NCBI RefSeq assembly: GCF_009914755.1
Contig: NC_060942.1
Origin: the human T2T-CHM13v2.0 reference genome, Homo sapiens
Length of the DNA: 64,000 nt
Reading direction: 5' to 3' (one strand)
A program made the position numbers and the translations under genes. Position 1 is the first letter of the stretch. Each line of letters begins with the position of its first letter. The notes beneath the pieces are model-generated. The model ran no database searches. It was not told where the DNA came from and saw nothing but the letters and a program-made list of their open reading frames with translations. Positions 15,949 to 31,449 of the stretch are shown in pieces.

Positions 15949-17079
15949 TGACTGTAAAGGGTGTCTCCAGAGGGTCTCCTCAGCCTGCATCTGGCCCCTG
16001 CATAAATGGGCGGGTGGGAGTGGGTGGGCACAGGCTGGTAGCTGTCTTTGGTATTGGTGCTGGGACTGCCTTTTCTCCTGGGAAGCTCTAGTTTAGACAG
16101 TTCACCATGCTGGATGGAAAGGTATTGCTCTGTGCTGTTAAGATTTTGTTAATTGATCCCGTCTCACAAAGTAATCTCACTAGGAGTTATAATCATTTTC
16201 AAATAATTTTTTCTTTTGTCAGTTTCTTTTTGCACTTTCATTGGCATTACCCACCTTCTTTTGATTTGTCGCTTTAGTTTTTACCGTTCACATCAGATCA
16301 GTATTCACACGTCTGAGGTACATTTTCATGCCCTTGATCATGGGGTAGGGGATGTACTGAGTGACTTTGGTTGTAGATCTGATAGCTCCTTTTTGTGATC
16401 ATTTTGTCAAAATTGATTTTTCTTACCATGCAACTCTTTCATGTACTCCTGAATTGTACCCAAGAAAGAATCTGTACATTGTATTATCTTGAGCAAAATG
16501 AGATTAATCAAAGGCAAATATGCATATCTTTGTATTTCTGTGTCAGTTCTTTATTTCTTTAGCCGAATCGGTGGCTTTTTCAGTGTAGTATATGATTCTT
16601 TTAAAAGTCAGTTGGTATTTTCCTGCTATATAATCTCTATACCTGTAATTACACTGAAACTGGTTCCCGTATTTCTGGCTATTTTTGATGCTGCAGATGG
16701 TTTTTCTTCCGGTTATGTCCCCATTGAATTGTCTAGCTAGAGTTAACTCAGAGTTTAACTTGGTCCTACTATTATCTGTGCTACTTGCTCAAAACTGATG
16801 TTATGGGAATGCTGGTTGAGTTTTGGTGATTGTTATTGGCCCTAGCTCTTCGGTCTTGGACCAACAATAAACATACACCATTAATTCCCATTTCTAGTGA
16901 TGGACATTAAGTGTGTCCATTTGATAGACCAGCAGCCTTATATTCAAGAACAAGCCCTGCTCAAGGGGATTTGGGCTGTCATTTTATGCCTTGCCCATTG
17001 TGTGGTATCAGTTCAGTCCAGCAGGTCTAGAGGGCGTGCTCCTAGAATCCTTTGAACCGTGGGACATTGTGTCTTCAAG

Positions 17080-17247
17080 GGCATTCTTGGCATTTGGGGC
17101 AGGGACATTTGTGCCTTCAGTTGCAGACTATTTAACAAACTTGGCTTCTGCTACCAGGTGCTAATGGTCACCATTACCCCCACCCCAACATAGTGATGAC
17201 CAGAAATGCCCTACACATTTCAAAACAGCCCTAAGTGAGAACCACTC
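17080..17247. mobile_element. MER20-like hAT DNA transposon relic
   Basis: gcatttggggcagg...gtgatgaccagaaatgccctacacatttcaaa...tgagaaccact resembles MER20. Confidence 0.6.
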
Positions 17248-18433
17248 TAAGAGCTCTTTCTATTTTGAAGTAAGGGAATGGCCTGCCAAGAGAATTTCTC
17301 ATTTAGATCTGGTAACATTCATTTGGTAAACTGATAACTGCTTCTAAGGCATATAATAACATGTAGGTTTGACTCCCCTACTAGTCTGAAGATAATGTTA
17401 CAGATTTGCAAGCAAGCCAAGAGTAAGAGACGGGCAGCTCGTTGGAAAATATAGTAATGGAGTTCTTTTTTTTTTATGTCTTTTTACTTATTACCATGGA
17501 ACCCCTGGCTGTCCTGCCAGTGTTCTCATTTACTATAGCACTGCTGTAATTTCAAGTCCTTAGCCAGAAACAGGCTCCAGAAATAAGGGCTAACGAATAT
17601 AAAAGTAGATGGATTAGTGTAAGGAGCCACTGTGGCTTGCCAACATAAGCTATGATTTTAGTAATTTTAACTAGCTTGGTAATCAAATCCCCTAACCTTT
17701 TCACAGCCTTTCAAGCCACAACAACAGTGTAATTGCAGCTGGGCAGATTGTATTTTAAATTAAACAGCACTCGCTTTATTTATTGCTTGCAACATTGCTG
17801 AATGAAACCCATTTTTACTTTCCAGTTGCGCCTGTTTACCCAGATACTTGTTATTGACTAATTTACTGATTTAAAATCATAATCTGTTAGAACAACGTTT
17901 TGTTGCTGCTGCTAGTGTGGGAAATCCTCAAGGTAACAACTGGAAATTCCACAAGCTACTCCCCTTCTTAAGCGAATTCAGATGTGCTGACACAGCTGCG
18001 CTATCGCTTCTAAACAAAGGCCTAGGCAGGATTTTCCCTGCGGAAGACACACTCTAAATTGCCTGTTCATTTTGACAAAAGATGAAGAGCCGGAGGGAAG
18101 CATGAAGATAATTTGCAACTTAAAAATCTGTTTTGAGTTGGTTTTAGGGTTTGCTTTGTTTTTTATTTTTGAAAGAAGAAGAGAACAAATGAGAGAACAG
18201 CATAGCTATTCTTAGATTTGAGCATTAGAATAGAAAAAGGAAAAAAACTGGTAGGACAGGTTGAAAATGATGAAAATAACACTCCTTCCCCCATCGGCCT
18301 GGGCACTGTTGATTCTTACACCAACCAGAAGCCTGAAAAGTATCAGGACATTTCCCCTCTATACATTGAGAAATTAAAAAATTTATTGAAATATGTCATG
18401 AAAGATGACCTTTTACACACACACAGATACTGA

Positions 18434-18807
<374 letters not shown>

Positions 18808-18959
18808 AAGTTTAGCTTCATTCAAAGAAAGAAAGAAAGATTGGCTTTGTTCCCCGCCTGGGTCAGGCCTTTCAGGGAATGCATGCTGGAGACCAGGGGC
18901 TTGGGAGGGATGTACCAAGGAGGGATGTTCCATCCTCAGCAGCTCAGAGCACGTGTATA

Positions 18960-19175
18960 CGGGTTGAGTATCCCTAGTTTAAAGATTCAAAATCCAAAAT
19001 GATCCAAAGTCTGAAACCTTGTAAGCACTGACATGACACTCAAGCAATAAATGCTTATTGGAGCATTTCAGATTCTCAGATTAGGGATGCTGAAGTGGTA
19101 AGTATAACTGCAAATATTTTGAAATTCAAAGCCCCTCTGGTCCCCAAGCATTATGGGTGAGGGATGTTCAACGCA
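18960..19175. mobile_element. Tigger4a/MER46A-like Tc1-mariner MITE
   Basis: TIRs cgggttgagtatccct / agggatgttcaacgca flanked by TA; internal atgcttattggagcatttc. Confidence 0.85.
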
Positions 19176-20747
19176 TATTAGTATATTTGTGCCTTTCACA
19201 GGATGAAGCATGGGCTTGCTTTTGTAGCAAGAAAGATTACACCCTAGTTAAGTTGCAGGTTTGTTTTCCATCCAAGTTCAAACTAATGAAACTTATTACT
19301 CTAGGTGTGGTTGCTGGTCTCTTCCAGGATGGAAAAGATAAAGAAAAAAGGCACTTTTTTTTAATCCCTGTGTTTTATATATTTTGAATTAGGAAAGCCC
19401 TTTTTAAAAAGATACTGCTCTTTGCATCCTGTTTAAAAACACTTTGAACTTGATGGAGGGAAGCAATTTTATATTACACATGAAAGAGTTCCCGTTATGA
19501 AACTGAAGAAAGGAAGAAACAACCAGGCACACTTTATGCGTTGGATCATTTATTTTCATTGCATCAGAGCCCTCGTTAGTATTCCACTTTCTCATCAGCT
19601 CTGAAGTTGTCCATAACTAATAGAGAGCCTTGACCGCCACTTCATGTGCCCTGGCAACTAAGGAGAGATGCCTGCCTCCTTGAGTGGCTCGGTGGGAGTC
19701 AGGGCTTGAGGGTGACCACTAGCCTTAGCCCTCAGAGCTGATTCATGGCAGCTGCTGCCATTATTTTTATTATTTTTGATAAAATAATATTATAAGCCTC
19801 AAGGCCTCTGGCCCTCACAGTCTATGAAGTCTAGGTTTCCATGCAAGGCCACTTTAGCAGATCTTTGAAATTCGGTTGACTTTATACTTCATGCTCTGCC
19901 CCTCACTGCCTCCCTGACACTTTTCTCTAATTTCAGCTTCTTTTCACGCTACGGCCCCCCCCCGCCCCCCACCCCCCTTTAAATCACCAGCCTTTTACCA
20001 ATAGGGCTGATTGTCTTTCACGGTAGCCTACATGTGATTCCAAGGTCAGGCTGGCCTTGTGTGTAGCATTCAGAAGCCCTGCCCTCTTTCATGTAATAGC
20101 AGTCCTCAGCTTTCTCTAAATCTGGCATGGTCATAGGCTAGGTGGAAGCCCAAGGGTCCCCCGCTGGTTGTGGCGTTACCTGGTCCGGATCAGAGTTAGC
20201 ATTGAGTGGGTAGCTTTTGAGAAATTCAGTGCTTTCAGTTTTTCCTCTGTCTGTAGTTAACCAGTCATGAATGTTTACCAGATTATCAGCTTCTTGGACC
20301 TTCTCAATCCTAAATCAGCTTAGCATATTTCTTTATGTTCTGTGTATGTCAGTGTACTGCAGAATACTGGATTATTTTGTGCCTCTGCTTAGCCTTTTAA
20401 AAAAATATATTGGGTTCAGGGTCAATATGCATCACAAACTGCTAACAGGATTTCTTTCTTCATTTAAAAGTTCACCTAGCTAGCAAGAAGCAAGGGTTGA
20501 TTTTTGTTGTTCGTGGTCTTTTTTGATTCTTGCCAGTTCCCAAGATCTATGATTATGATTCAGTGATACTATGACTTACACGGTTGACTTGGGAAGCAGA
20601 AAAATCTAGTAATTTGGCAGCAGCAAAGGCCCTATTATAAAATTGAATGAAGCTGATATCAAATGTCTTCACAGTTTACTTTTTTTAATCTTAAGCTTAT
20701 TTGGTTGATAGTGGTTTTTTTTTTGAGTATAAAGATATGGATTCTCC

Positions 20748-21560
<813 letters not shown>

Positions 21561-22256
21561 CAGGTTGTCAGAGTACATATTTCTCTTTTGTTGATTCTCT
21601 GTGGTATCTTATGAAGCTTATGCTTTAAGAAAAAAATTTTGTAAACGTTTAAATATTAAGACATAAATGAGAACTTAATCTGCAGAACTTGGTCAAGAAT
21701 CTCAGTAAAGTTGTATCATAACTTTGTGAGTTTGCCTGATGAAAGCGACTCTCCCTGGAGTAGCCACGTGACTTCACAGACCAGATTGACATTCTCTGCT
21801 GAGTTCAGAAGGAGTGGAGGGGAGCACAAGTGCTGGAGGAGGGTGTGGCAGGGAGGCCTATTCCCTAACGTGTTAGGCTGGCTCCCCTCACCGGGAGCTC
21901 GGGACCCATGGAGAGATTTCGAAACCGTTGTCCCCACTCCCTCTTTGTGCCACATTCACTGGCACCCTCCATTCTGGTTTCCCTAGTAACATCACTGCTG
22001 GGACTCTCTTCCCCTTCCCCTTCTCAAGGTCTCAGGGAAATGGTTAACCTTTCATGTAAATATTCTTACTCTCCTCTCTCCACCAAGCACAAGAAGGAAG
22101 AGTACAGTCTGTCTCGAGAGACAGTCAGCCAGGCTTCCTGTACAAAACAGAGATGGGACCCATCTCACGCTCCAGGCATGGACAGCCTGGTTGCCTTGAA
22201 ACAAACAGCTCAAGAAGAAAAGCACCCAGTAACTGCACACAGATACTTCCACTTAG

Positions 22257-22394
<138 letters not shown>

Positions 22395-23740
22395 TGAATA
22401 TGTGTGTTCCTTTATCCGCTCAATGTTGATGGAGAGGCCCTGTGGACCTTCTCTATCTCCAGGCTTTGTGGATCTCATTGGTTTGTGTTTCTTAACAGAA
22501 TTGGGTGTTTAGCTGAATTGTAGTCATACATTATAGTTCATGTGATATCCAGTACTTATGAAAGAGGTTTCTGAATTGCTAGCTTCTAGCAGAAGATAGA
22601 CCTTGTACACAGGATGTTCAAGAGACGTTCTCTGCAGGTGACAATTTAAGTGGCACTCATTCATTTTGTAACTTAGCAACCACTGAGTTTCAGTCATATT
22701 GCTGATTAAGTCATCAGAACAAAAATAATGAAAATAGTATGGGAGAAGAAGGCCTAATTAATCATAGAAAGTTTCTATAAGTCATTTAACCTGCAGATTT
22801 TTAAAGTTTTTTTCTCCCTTGTTGGTGACGGCTCAGTAGGAGTTGAGCTATATACTTAAAATTGGATTTTGAATGAAACCTTCACATACATCCTCCTCAA
22901 CAACTCACTCTCAGTTTGAAAAAGCCGTAGGGGGTGACAGGGCAGTGGTTGGACTCCAAGGCTATTTTTAAATGGGAATTTTTGTTGTTGTTTTCCAAGT
23001 GTAAGAACCTTTTTGTTGCCTGGTATATTAGGGCAACATTGGAGGCTGCGAAGGTTAAGGTTCAATCATTATTCATTAGGTTATACAGGTATCCCACACC
23101 AAATCTGTTTGGTTCCTGGGTTCAAATAGAAAGAACCAGAGAGTTAGTTTAGAAAACAAAAGAAAGCATTTTTTTCTGAATCTGTTGGATTCCTGAGGTT
23201 CAGATAGCAAATATGGATAGTTCAGATAATGAGGGCATACCAGCTTTATCTTGAAAAAATTCTCCAAATCTGTTTAGTTCCTGAGCTTGACTAGCAAAAG
23301 TTCATGGTGGATAATACCAATATTAGATCATCAACTGCCTGGACAACACAAATACAGTTAACCATGTCTAACATTTTTATATTAACCCCCTCTTCCTTTC
23401 CTTTAGTACTCAGTATTTATTTAATTAAATGGTACTCAACTTCAAACTCCACTGTTCCATGGAATGCTGCGGTTTCCCTTTGAAGCTTTTGAGCTAGCAG
23501 CCCATTTCCGGTTCTTCATACAGTCAGCGCATCTGAGACCTGAGCATGTGATAAAGCGTGTTGCTAGACATGGTCAAGAGTTAACTTGAAATGTTCATAT
23601 TTAGTTCACGCTCAATGCATAAATGTACCCTAGCAGAAAAGAGTACAGAGGTGTTCTATAGTTTTTAAATGTTGCCTTTGATTTCAGAACTCCTAGCTAA
23701 TGTTTATATTTTCTCTCTCCCTTCCTTCCCCGGATACTAG

Positions 23741-23795
23741 CCTGGCTGGGAAGAAAGAATTCACTTGGATGGCCGAACGTTTTATATTGATCATA
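23741..23795 (+). CDS. NEDD4L: NEDD4L exon (~18): PGWEERIHLDGRTFYIDH (WW4 N-part)
   Basis: gatactag| acceptor, ATA|gtaagt donor; 55 nt. Confidence 0.96.
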
Positions 23796-25067
23796 GTAAG
23801 TAGGCGCTGTTATGGACACACAGGTGTTGTGGGTTAGAGGGAAGGAGTAATTCAAACATCATAGTGAAAGCTTTGTCATTTTACTCTTTATCTAGGCAGC
23901 CAGGTGTTATGTGGAGAAAATGATACCAGAGAATCAGTGCCTTCATACGGTACTGTGCATTCACCCCAAGTTTGCTTAAAGTAGCCCATCAAACTTTCAC
24001 CCAATCTGATCTTGTGACCTATTAACGTGTTTTTTTTTGTTGTTGAATTTTTAAACCACATTTTGATTGTTGATCCCTTGACTTTTGCACATTTAATAAA
24101 TACACTCTGGTAATAGAAAATAAGATTAGAAATGATGATTTAGTCAAAAATCTGTGAACAGTGCTTGAAGCAGCATGTAAGTTTTTTAGACACTGCCTTC
24201 AAGGGTCCTATGGCAGGATGCCCGCTCTGACCTTATTTTCTATTCACGGCATGTTTCCTTGCACCCACAACACTAATATATATGTATTTTCTGGAAATTG
24301 TAGTATATTTGCTATAGACATTTGCTCCAGCACCTATGAAAAAATGTGTGGTTTCTCATTCCAACTAAAAGTTCAACTAATAAAAGTTTGCTTTTTAGCC
24401 AGTGGGATTTTTTTTTTCTCATTCTTTTTGGAGGTGCCATGTTCTTCATGGAATCATATTTCTATGTCCCTTAAATTTTCTGAAAAAGTATATTAAAAAG
24501 AAGCCTTCAAATAGATGTAAAGTTTCAACCATGAGTGCAATTTGGTAGTATCTTGGTCTTTGCTTTCATTTGGTTCATGAACAGAAAGTTAGGGTTTCCC
24601 TGGCTTCACAATTTCATAACTAAACAAAAGCACGTTGATGAGCCACCTGCTGAGAAGTCTGGCCACAAGTAATCCTCACACGTATAGGACTGGTCACTAT
24701 CTCATAGGCATAGTACGTTTTTCAGATGTTACTAGGAGGCAGAGACATTGTGAACAGAATTTCACTTTCAGGCCCTGGGGGTTGAGGGCTTATTATAAAT
24801 GGAATTAAGCAAAAGTACCAGCAGTTTACAATTCAACTGAAAGTAGAAGTCCTAGGTGTATTTAGAAGAGTGAGCTACCCTTTGTTTAAACCAGATATTT
24901 CAAGGTGCAGAGACTTAGTTTTTGTCTTTTATCAAAAAATGGGCAGATTTGTCAACTGTCCAGAATTTCATAGTAAGCATAAAGTATTTTTCCTGCTTTC
25001 ATGTATGTGTATGCCCTACTTTTTTCCTTAATATACTATTTATTTATTGTTTTAAGAGAATTTACTA

Positions 25068-25422
<355 letters not shown>

Positions 25423-27341
25423 GTTTCCTTTATAGTATTTTTTATACATCACAATCACAGTTTTAAGACAGGTGTGAATAATACTGATCATTTTACTAAA
25501 ACAGGTCTTTACTGGTAACACATCCTGGTCTGTGACGCATGGAGAGCATTGCACACAATATTGTGACAGTTTTCTGGCTGGAGATGTGATGCTTAGGTCC
25601 CCCTAAAAAGAATGTTGTGAATGTGTTTCGTATACCGCAAGGAGCCAAAAACAGAAAAACACAATTACAAAGGGCTGTCGTAGCATGCGTTAAAATAGTG
25701 AAAATCACTGACTATTTCACTTGTGGTGTCATAGACCTAGTATGATACATAGCAGATGCTTGATACTTGGTGACTTGAAATCAGGTTCATGGAGGATCAG
25801 TGGTGAAGCTCTTAGGAAGTTGTTGTGCTTGATCAGAAAGTGAAGTGAACTCACTTGAGGAGCAGTAGGTGCCCCCACTCCGGCTTTCCACCCCCACCGG
25901 CCTGAGGCTAGCGCAACTCCGGCTTACTGGAAGGTGGAAGAAGGTAACTACCTGCTAGATGCCTGGGCTTTTCCTTACTCCTGATCAGTTCTGCAGTTAC
26001 TCCAGCACTCTGCCCAAACATTTCCTCATTTCACTTGACTAGAGCAGCACCCCCGAGGCTCCATTATACTCTGTACAGAGCTTGATGCAACTAAGCTGTG
26101 CCAATATATTTGTGGCCATTGACTTGGAGATTAAAATTTATTTTGCCCTTGCACAACCATATTGAAAGATTCTGTTAAAGAGATATAGCATAAATTAAGT
26201 GACCAAAAACCATTTAAGAAAAGGATTTGTTTACGAGTGCCTCCTTAGCTGTTCATGCTACGTTTCTACCATCGCTCCATAATTCATCAAGGTTTACTCA
26301 ATGGAAAGCTATAGAGCAGTACACGTCAGTGAAACAGTTCAAGTCATTTGCCTTTCCACAAAATTCAGTCTGTGAAAACTGCAGAATACCTATCTTTTGA
26401 AGAGGCTTTATCAGGCTGACACATACATTCCAAATGGGTTGAATTACCTGGAAGATAACATTTAGGAATGTCCTTTCTGTCAGAAGAAAGCCTCTTTTTC
26501 TAAACAATCTTATAGCAAAACTCAGCATCTGATTTTGCTGTCATAATGCCTACAGGACAGGAACCAGGTTATGCCCACGTATGCCACAATGCCGTGAGTG
26601 CCGTCATCTTGTAAATTGCTTAGAGTCATCTTGTCTTCCAGCATACCTGGCACGTGGGTCCACCTGGAATTACAGATGAGATGATGAGATGCACTTGTCT
26701 TTTCAATAATTAATTATTTCTGCTTTGTAAGTTTTTCCTGAGAAGTTAGACATTTTCAAGATGAACAATACTCAGCCATCATAAAGATTTAATTTCAAGA
26801 GCAACGAATGATCGAGACTAACCTCTTTAGACTCCTCGATTCCTTTGTTTGCTGTCTATGGAATGGCTCCTGGCTCTTGGGCCTCAGGTGGGAGGTTAAA
26901 GGAAGGTCTTAAACTGAATCTCTACATCTTGTAGGAATGATGTCATTCTTCTTAAAGACCAGACAGGCCCAGCAGCTGAGTAATTGGCCACAGGTATCCT
27001 ATCTACAACATTAGAAGAGAAAATTGAATTCCAGTGATTTTGTAAAGTCCTATTTTAGTCTTTCCTGTCAACAGTCTTACTAGACCTGTTCATCGTGACT
27101 AAACTGAGTTTCTCATCCTTCCACTTCCTTCTTGTCCTTTTATTGGAAATATATCTCAAAGAGGAAAAGCAAGTTTAAAAGCCAAAGTTCTTTAAAAAAA
27201 AAAAAAAAGGATAACTGGCTACCCCATACTTTCATACATTGACCATACTTCACTGAAGAATTCTTTATCATAACCATGTAGAAACTTGTGTTGTTCCAAA
27301 AGCTTAGGCTCTTTTTAAAGGGACTTTGTTTTCACCATCAG

Positions 27342-28240
27342 CTTCATTCAGTCATTAAAAAAATAATGCACTAAGTTCCTGTTACCTGCTGGGACTGGTC
27401 TTAAGTGGTAGAGAGGGGATTGCAAAGATGAATAACACACAGTCCCTGTCCTTGGGGAGGTTAGGTCCAGTGGGAAGTAGCAGGGGATATTTCAGGTGTT
27501 AGAGGAGTGAATCAGTTGTTACACAGAAACAGAAGAGGCAAGGACTGCATCTGCTTGGGAGGTGGTTGGGCACAGGGATGGGGCCCTGAGAGAATGGGTC
27601 ACTTTTTAGATGGATGACAAACACTGAGTAGGATTGAGGCAGTCAAAGCCCCAGGAAGAGTGATCCTAGGATGCGTGGAGGTGTGTGAATATGTGCAGAT
27701 GCTGCCACGTTCCGAGAAACGCAGCATTGCTCCAAACAGCTAGTGTGCCGCAGGGGCGCACAGGCCAAGCCAAAGGGTATCTGCCCGGTGTGGGGACTCG
27801 GGCTCAAGCCACAGGCAGTGGGGAGCTCCCAGGGGATTTCCCAGAGGGGAGGGATGGGGTCGAAATCGTTATTTAGAGAGATCCTTTTGGCAGAGCTGTA
27901 GAAGATGTCTTGAACTGGGGTTGGGGGGTGAGACAATTCCCAGTGACGCCCAGAGAACAGTTCAGGGAAAAAAAATGAGCCCTCTAGCAAGAAGCTTATC
28001 AGGAATAGAGAGGGTTGGTCCGGGACCACCAGAGTGAGTGACACGGCCAGGTTCCTGATTGGGACAGTGAGTGGATTGTGATACTGCACATTGGAATGTA
28101 AGGTCACGTTACCAATTTTGGTGTTGGGTGATCAGAGGTTTGGTTTTGGTAGAGTTAAGCTGAAGTACTTACGGGAAACCCAGATGCAGATGTCCAGGAT
28201 GGAGCTTGAAGTTCAGGTCTGGTCTGAGGACTTGCGAATC
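27342..28240 (-). mobile_element. L2 LINE relic
   Basis: ttcattcagtcatt...gatgaataacacacagtccctgtcct (L2 3' end antisense), continuing as purine-rich L2-like sequence. Confidence 0.7.
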
Positions 28241-28732
28241 CCAATGAGTCAGGAGTTATTCATTTATTTTCTGCTTTGATGACAATATCCATTGATACGG
28301 TTATAATCCAAGTTGGTGTTTTAAGGCGCAATTTTTACTCAGCTGTACTCCGTTTCCTTTATTTGGTTTTCTTTTCTCTTGTTTTCCATCACAATAGCAA
28401 CTTTTACTTTCCAAAGTCTTCTGTGAAAGGTAAGGGACCCAAAAATGCCTTTTGCTTCCATCAAGATTCTCTCAAACAGTTGAGATTTTTCATGTAAATT
28501 TTCTGCCAGCATGAAAACAAAAGATTCTAGAATCATCACTTGCTTTGGTAGCTTTTTTTTTTTTTTTTAGCTTTTCCTCTGCTTCTATTAAAATAATAAT
28601 AAGACTTTTTAAAATTCCTAATATGGTCATTAAAACAGAATTCACTAATTATTCTTATCAGCTCACTTACAGTGTATACAGAAAATAAACAGAATCAATA
28701 TTCTTCCCCTGCACTCCCCCGCCCCGGTCCCC

Positions 28733-29007
28733 AAGACAGGTGCAGATCGGGCTGGAGCATAGTGGCACAGTCATAGCTCACTGCAGCCTTCCCCTGGGCT
28801 CAAGCGATCTTCCCACCTCAGCCTCCCAAGTAGCTAGGACTACAGGCGTACACCACCACACCTGGCTAATTTTTTTTTTTAACCTTTTGTAGAGATGGGT
28901 CCTCACTATGTTTCCCAGGTTGGGCCCGAACTCCTGGCTTCAAGTGATCCTCCTGCCTCAGCCCCCCAAAGTATTGGGATTACAGGCATGAGCCACTGCT
29001 CCTGGCC
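28733..29007 (-). mobile_element. AluJ-like, tail lost
   Basis: catagctcactgcagcct...caagcgatcttcccacctcagcc. Confidence 0.9.
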
Positions 29008-29906
29008 ACCCTTTACTTTTCAAATAATTTTCTTCTTCTTTTTTTTTTTTTTTGTTTTTTACTAACCTAGATATCCAAAAACTCTGGAGAACCTACTCTC
29101 CCTAGTGTGCCCCACCCCCCGTACCTTTCATGTGAGTCCATTGCACTCTCTCTCCCTCCACTCCACCCTAGTACACACACAGGAATCCGTAAGGTCTTTT
29201 TAATTATGCACAGTTACAAACACCAAGTGATCTAAGGCAGCTGTTGTGTATTATCACCTACACAAGTAATGGTATAGATAGCATTGAACAGTCTTGTGCA
29301 CATTAACTCACTTGGAAGAAAGCAAACCACCTTTTGCCAGTGTGACCAAACAGAAACCATGCTCTGTAATCTTCCTCTGCTGTATCTAATTCTCTTTTTT
29401 GGACTGCCTAAGCTGCTTTGATTTTTGTGTGCATATGAGTGACGCATGTAATAGATTATTCATTTGTTCAATGCAGGATTCTTAATTGAAAGCAGTTTTT
29501 CAACACCATAAGTAAAGAGAAAAGTATTTGAAATGAGAAAAAAAATCGTGTGTGTGTTTGTTAGCCTTTTGGGAAACTAAGACTTTTTAAATGCTTTTTT
29601 TCAACTAAATGAAAATCAAGATCAAGTTATAAATCCTTAAAAGAACAGGGGTTTATAATTCCCATTTTAGCAAGTTATTTGCCCAAAACAGTATGAATAG
29701 ATGGTTTATCTTTAGTTGTGCATTTTTGATTGAGTGTTTTTAACTAAACAGTATGTGAGGGGGGTTGCCATATAGACTGTAGTTACCTGCTAACTCTGAA
29801 ATACTAATTTGTCTTTAGAACACAGGGTGGGGGACTGGACAGCTTTTGAAGAATCCAGAAATACTTCCTTCCAAAACTTTCTTTACATAGAATAGATTTG
29901 AACTAA

Positions 29907-30074
<168 letters not shown>

Positions 30075-31449
30075 TGATAACGGTGATGTCAAGGGACAAC
30101 GGTGATTGAGTAGTTGACTAGAAACAGAGCACTTTGCTGCCATCTCCTTACTGAAGTTTCCAGGTGAGGTACAGCTGCATGTGCCTTTTCAGATGGATTT
30201 CATTATAAAGGAAAACAGCTTGATAACGACAGCAGAATTAAACATTTTTCTTCTCCTTTATAAAAGGGTGGACTATAAGTATAGTCAAAATTCCCTCCCT
30301 TCCTTTTTATATGAAGCAAAACCAAGCCCTATCTTCATAAAGTGTTATCATTTCTTTAGGCCAGGAGTAGTAAATGTATGCCAAAAGTTTAAATCTTTTA
30401 CAACTTTCAAAAATCTGTAGAAGTTTGGGTGAGATTATAGCTAAGTTCAGGAGCTGGCAGAGTTAAGAGTTTGGAACTCTGCCGACCCACAGTGTTCTCA
30501 TGGTCCCCTCATATATGCCGGGTGGAAAAAGAATCAATTCTGATGCAGGCGTGATGACCTCTTAAAACACCGTAGCACACTGTGTTCATAAGGCAGTGTG
30601 AGAACCCCACTCCCTGAAGCATCAGGAGACATTTGGTATCTCACACTTGTTAACAAGTCTGTAGAATGGGACCACACTCATCAGCAGAGAGCACACCACC
30701 AGCTTTTGTCAGTGGCTATACGAGTGCAGGGAGGTAATTTGGAATTACAGGAGTTGTACTGCGATCAGCAGAAGATTGCAAATTTGGGATTCTTAGACCA
30801 GAGGAGCAAAAGGAACTGAAGTTTGTTATATCACATGCTGAGCTAAGAGGCCAGTAGGTAGATTTAAAATTCCAATTTCATGGCTTTAATCTGATTCCAT
30901 TCAAATTATGTTTTGAATTAGTAAGATACATCCATTTGAAAACTTAAAAGATACTACATTGCAAATGTGCCCCGGTAACTGACTCCTGTTAGTTACTTGT
31001 TGGATTTGTTTAGTCATTTGGGTACTATTTCCTAGGCAAAGTGCCCAGTAGTACCTGGGTAAAAACAGTCAACTTTTTTCTCTATGCGGCTTAAACACTG
31101 CCTTACTCTGATGCTTCCTTTTGATATATATATATTCGCAGTCACAGTTGTTTATTGGAATATTATTTTCTCTTCTACATCATTAGAACAAGGTAAATTC
31201 AAGAAACTATTCTTTTTAAGTGACAGAAGACTTTTGACATAACTTTGAAGCCTTTTCAAAATATTTTTATCACTTATCAATTACCGGCCGTCACTCAAAC
31301 ACTGCTAGTCCTTATTAAATCTTACTGAAAATTGCTCAGCATCATAAAGCCAAGTAGATTTGCCCCCAAGAAAGAGCTCTCTGCTTTCTGTTAATAAAAG
31401 ACCCTTGTTTATTCCTTCATTTTTATTATTATTATTCATTATATTGCTT

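Noticed and set aside
23087-23300. CRISPR-like repeat-spacer array
   Set aside because: Only three diverged repeats, irregular spacing, primate intron, no cas genes
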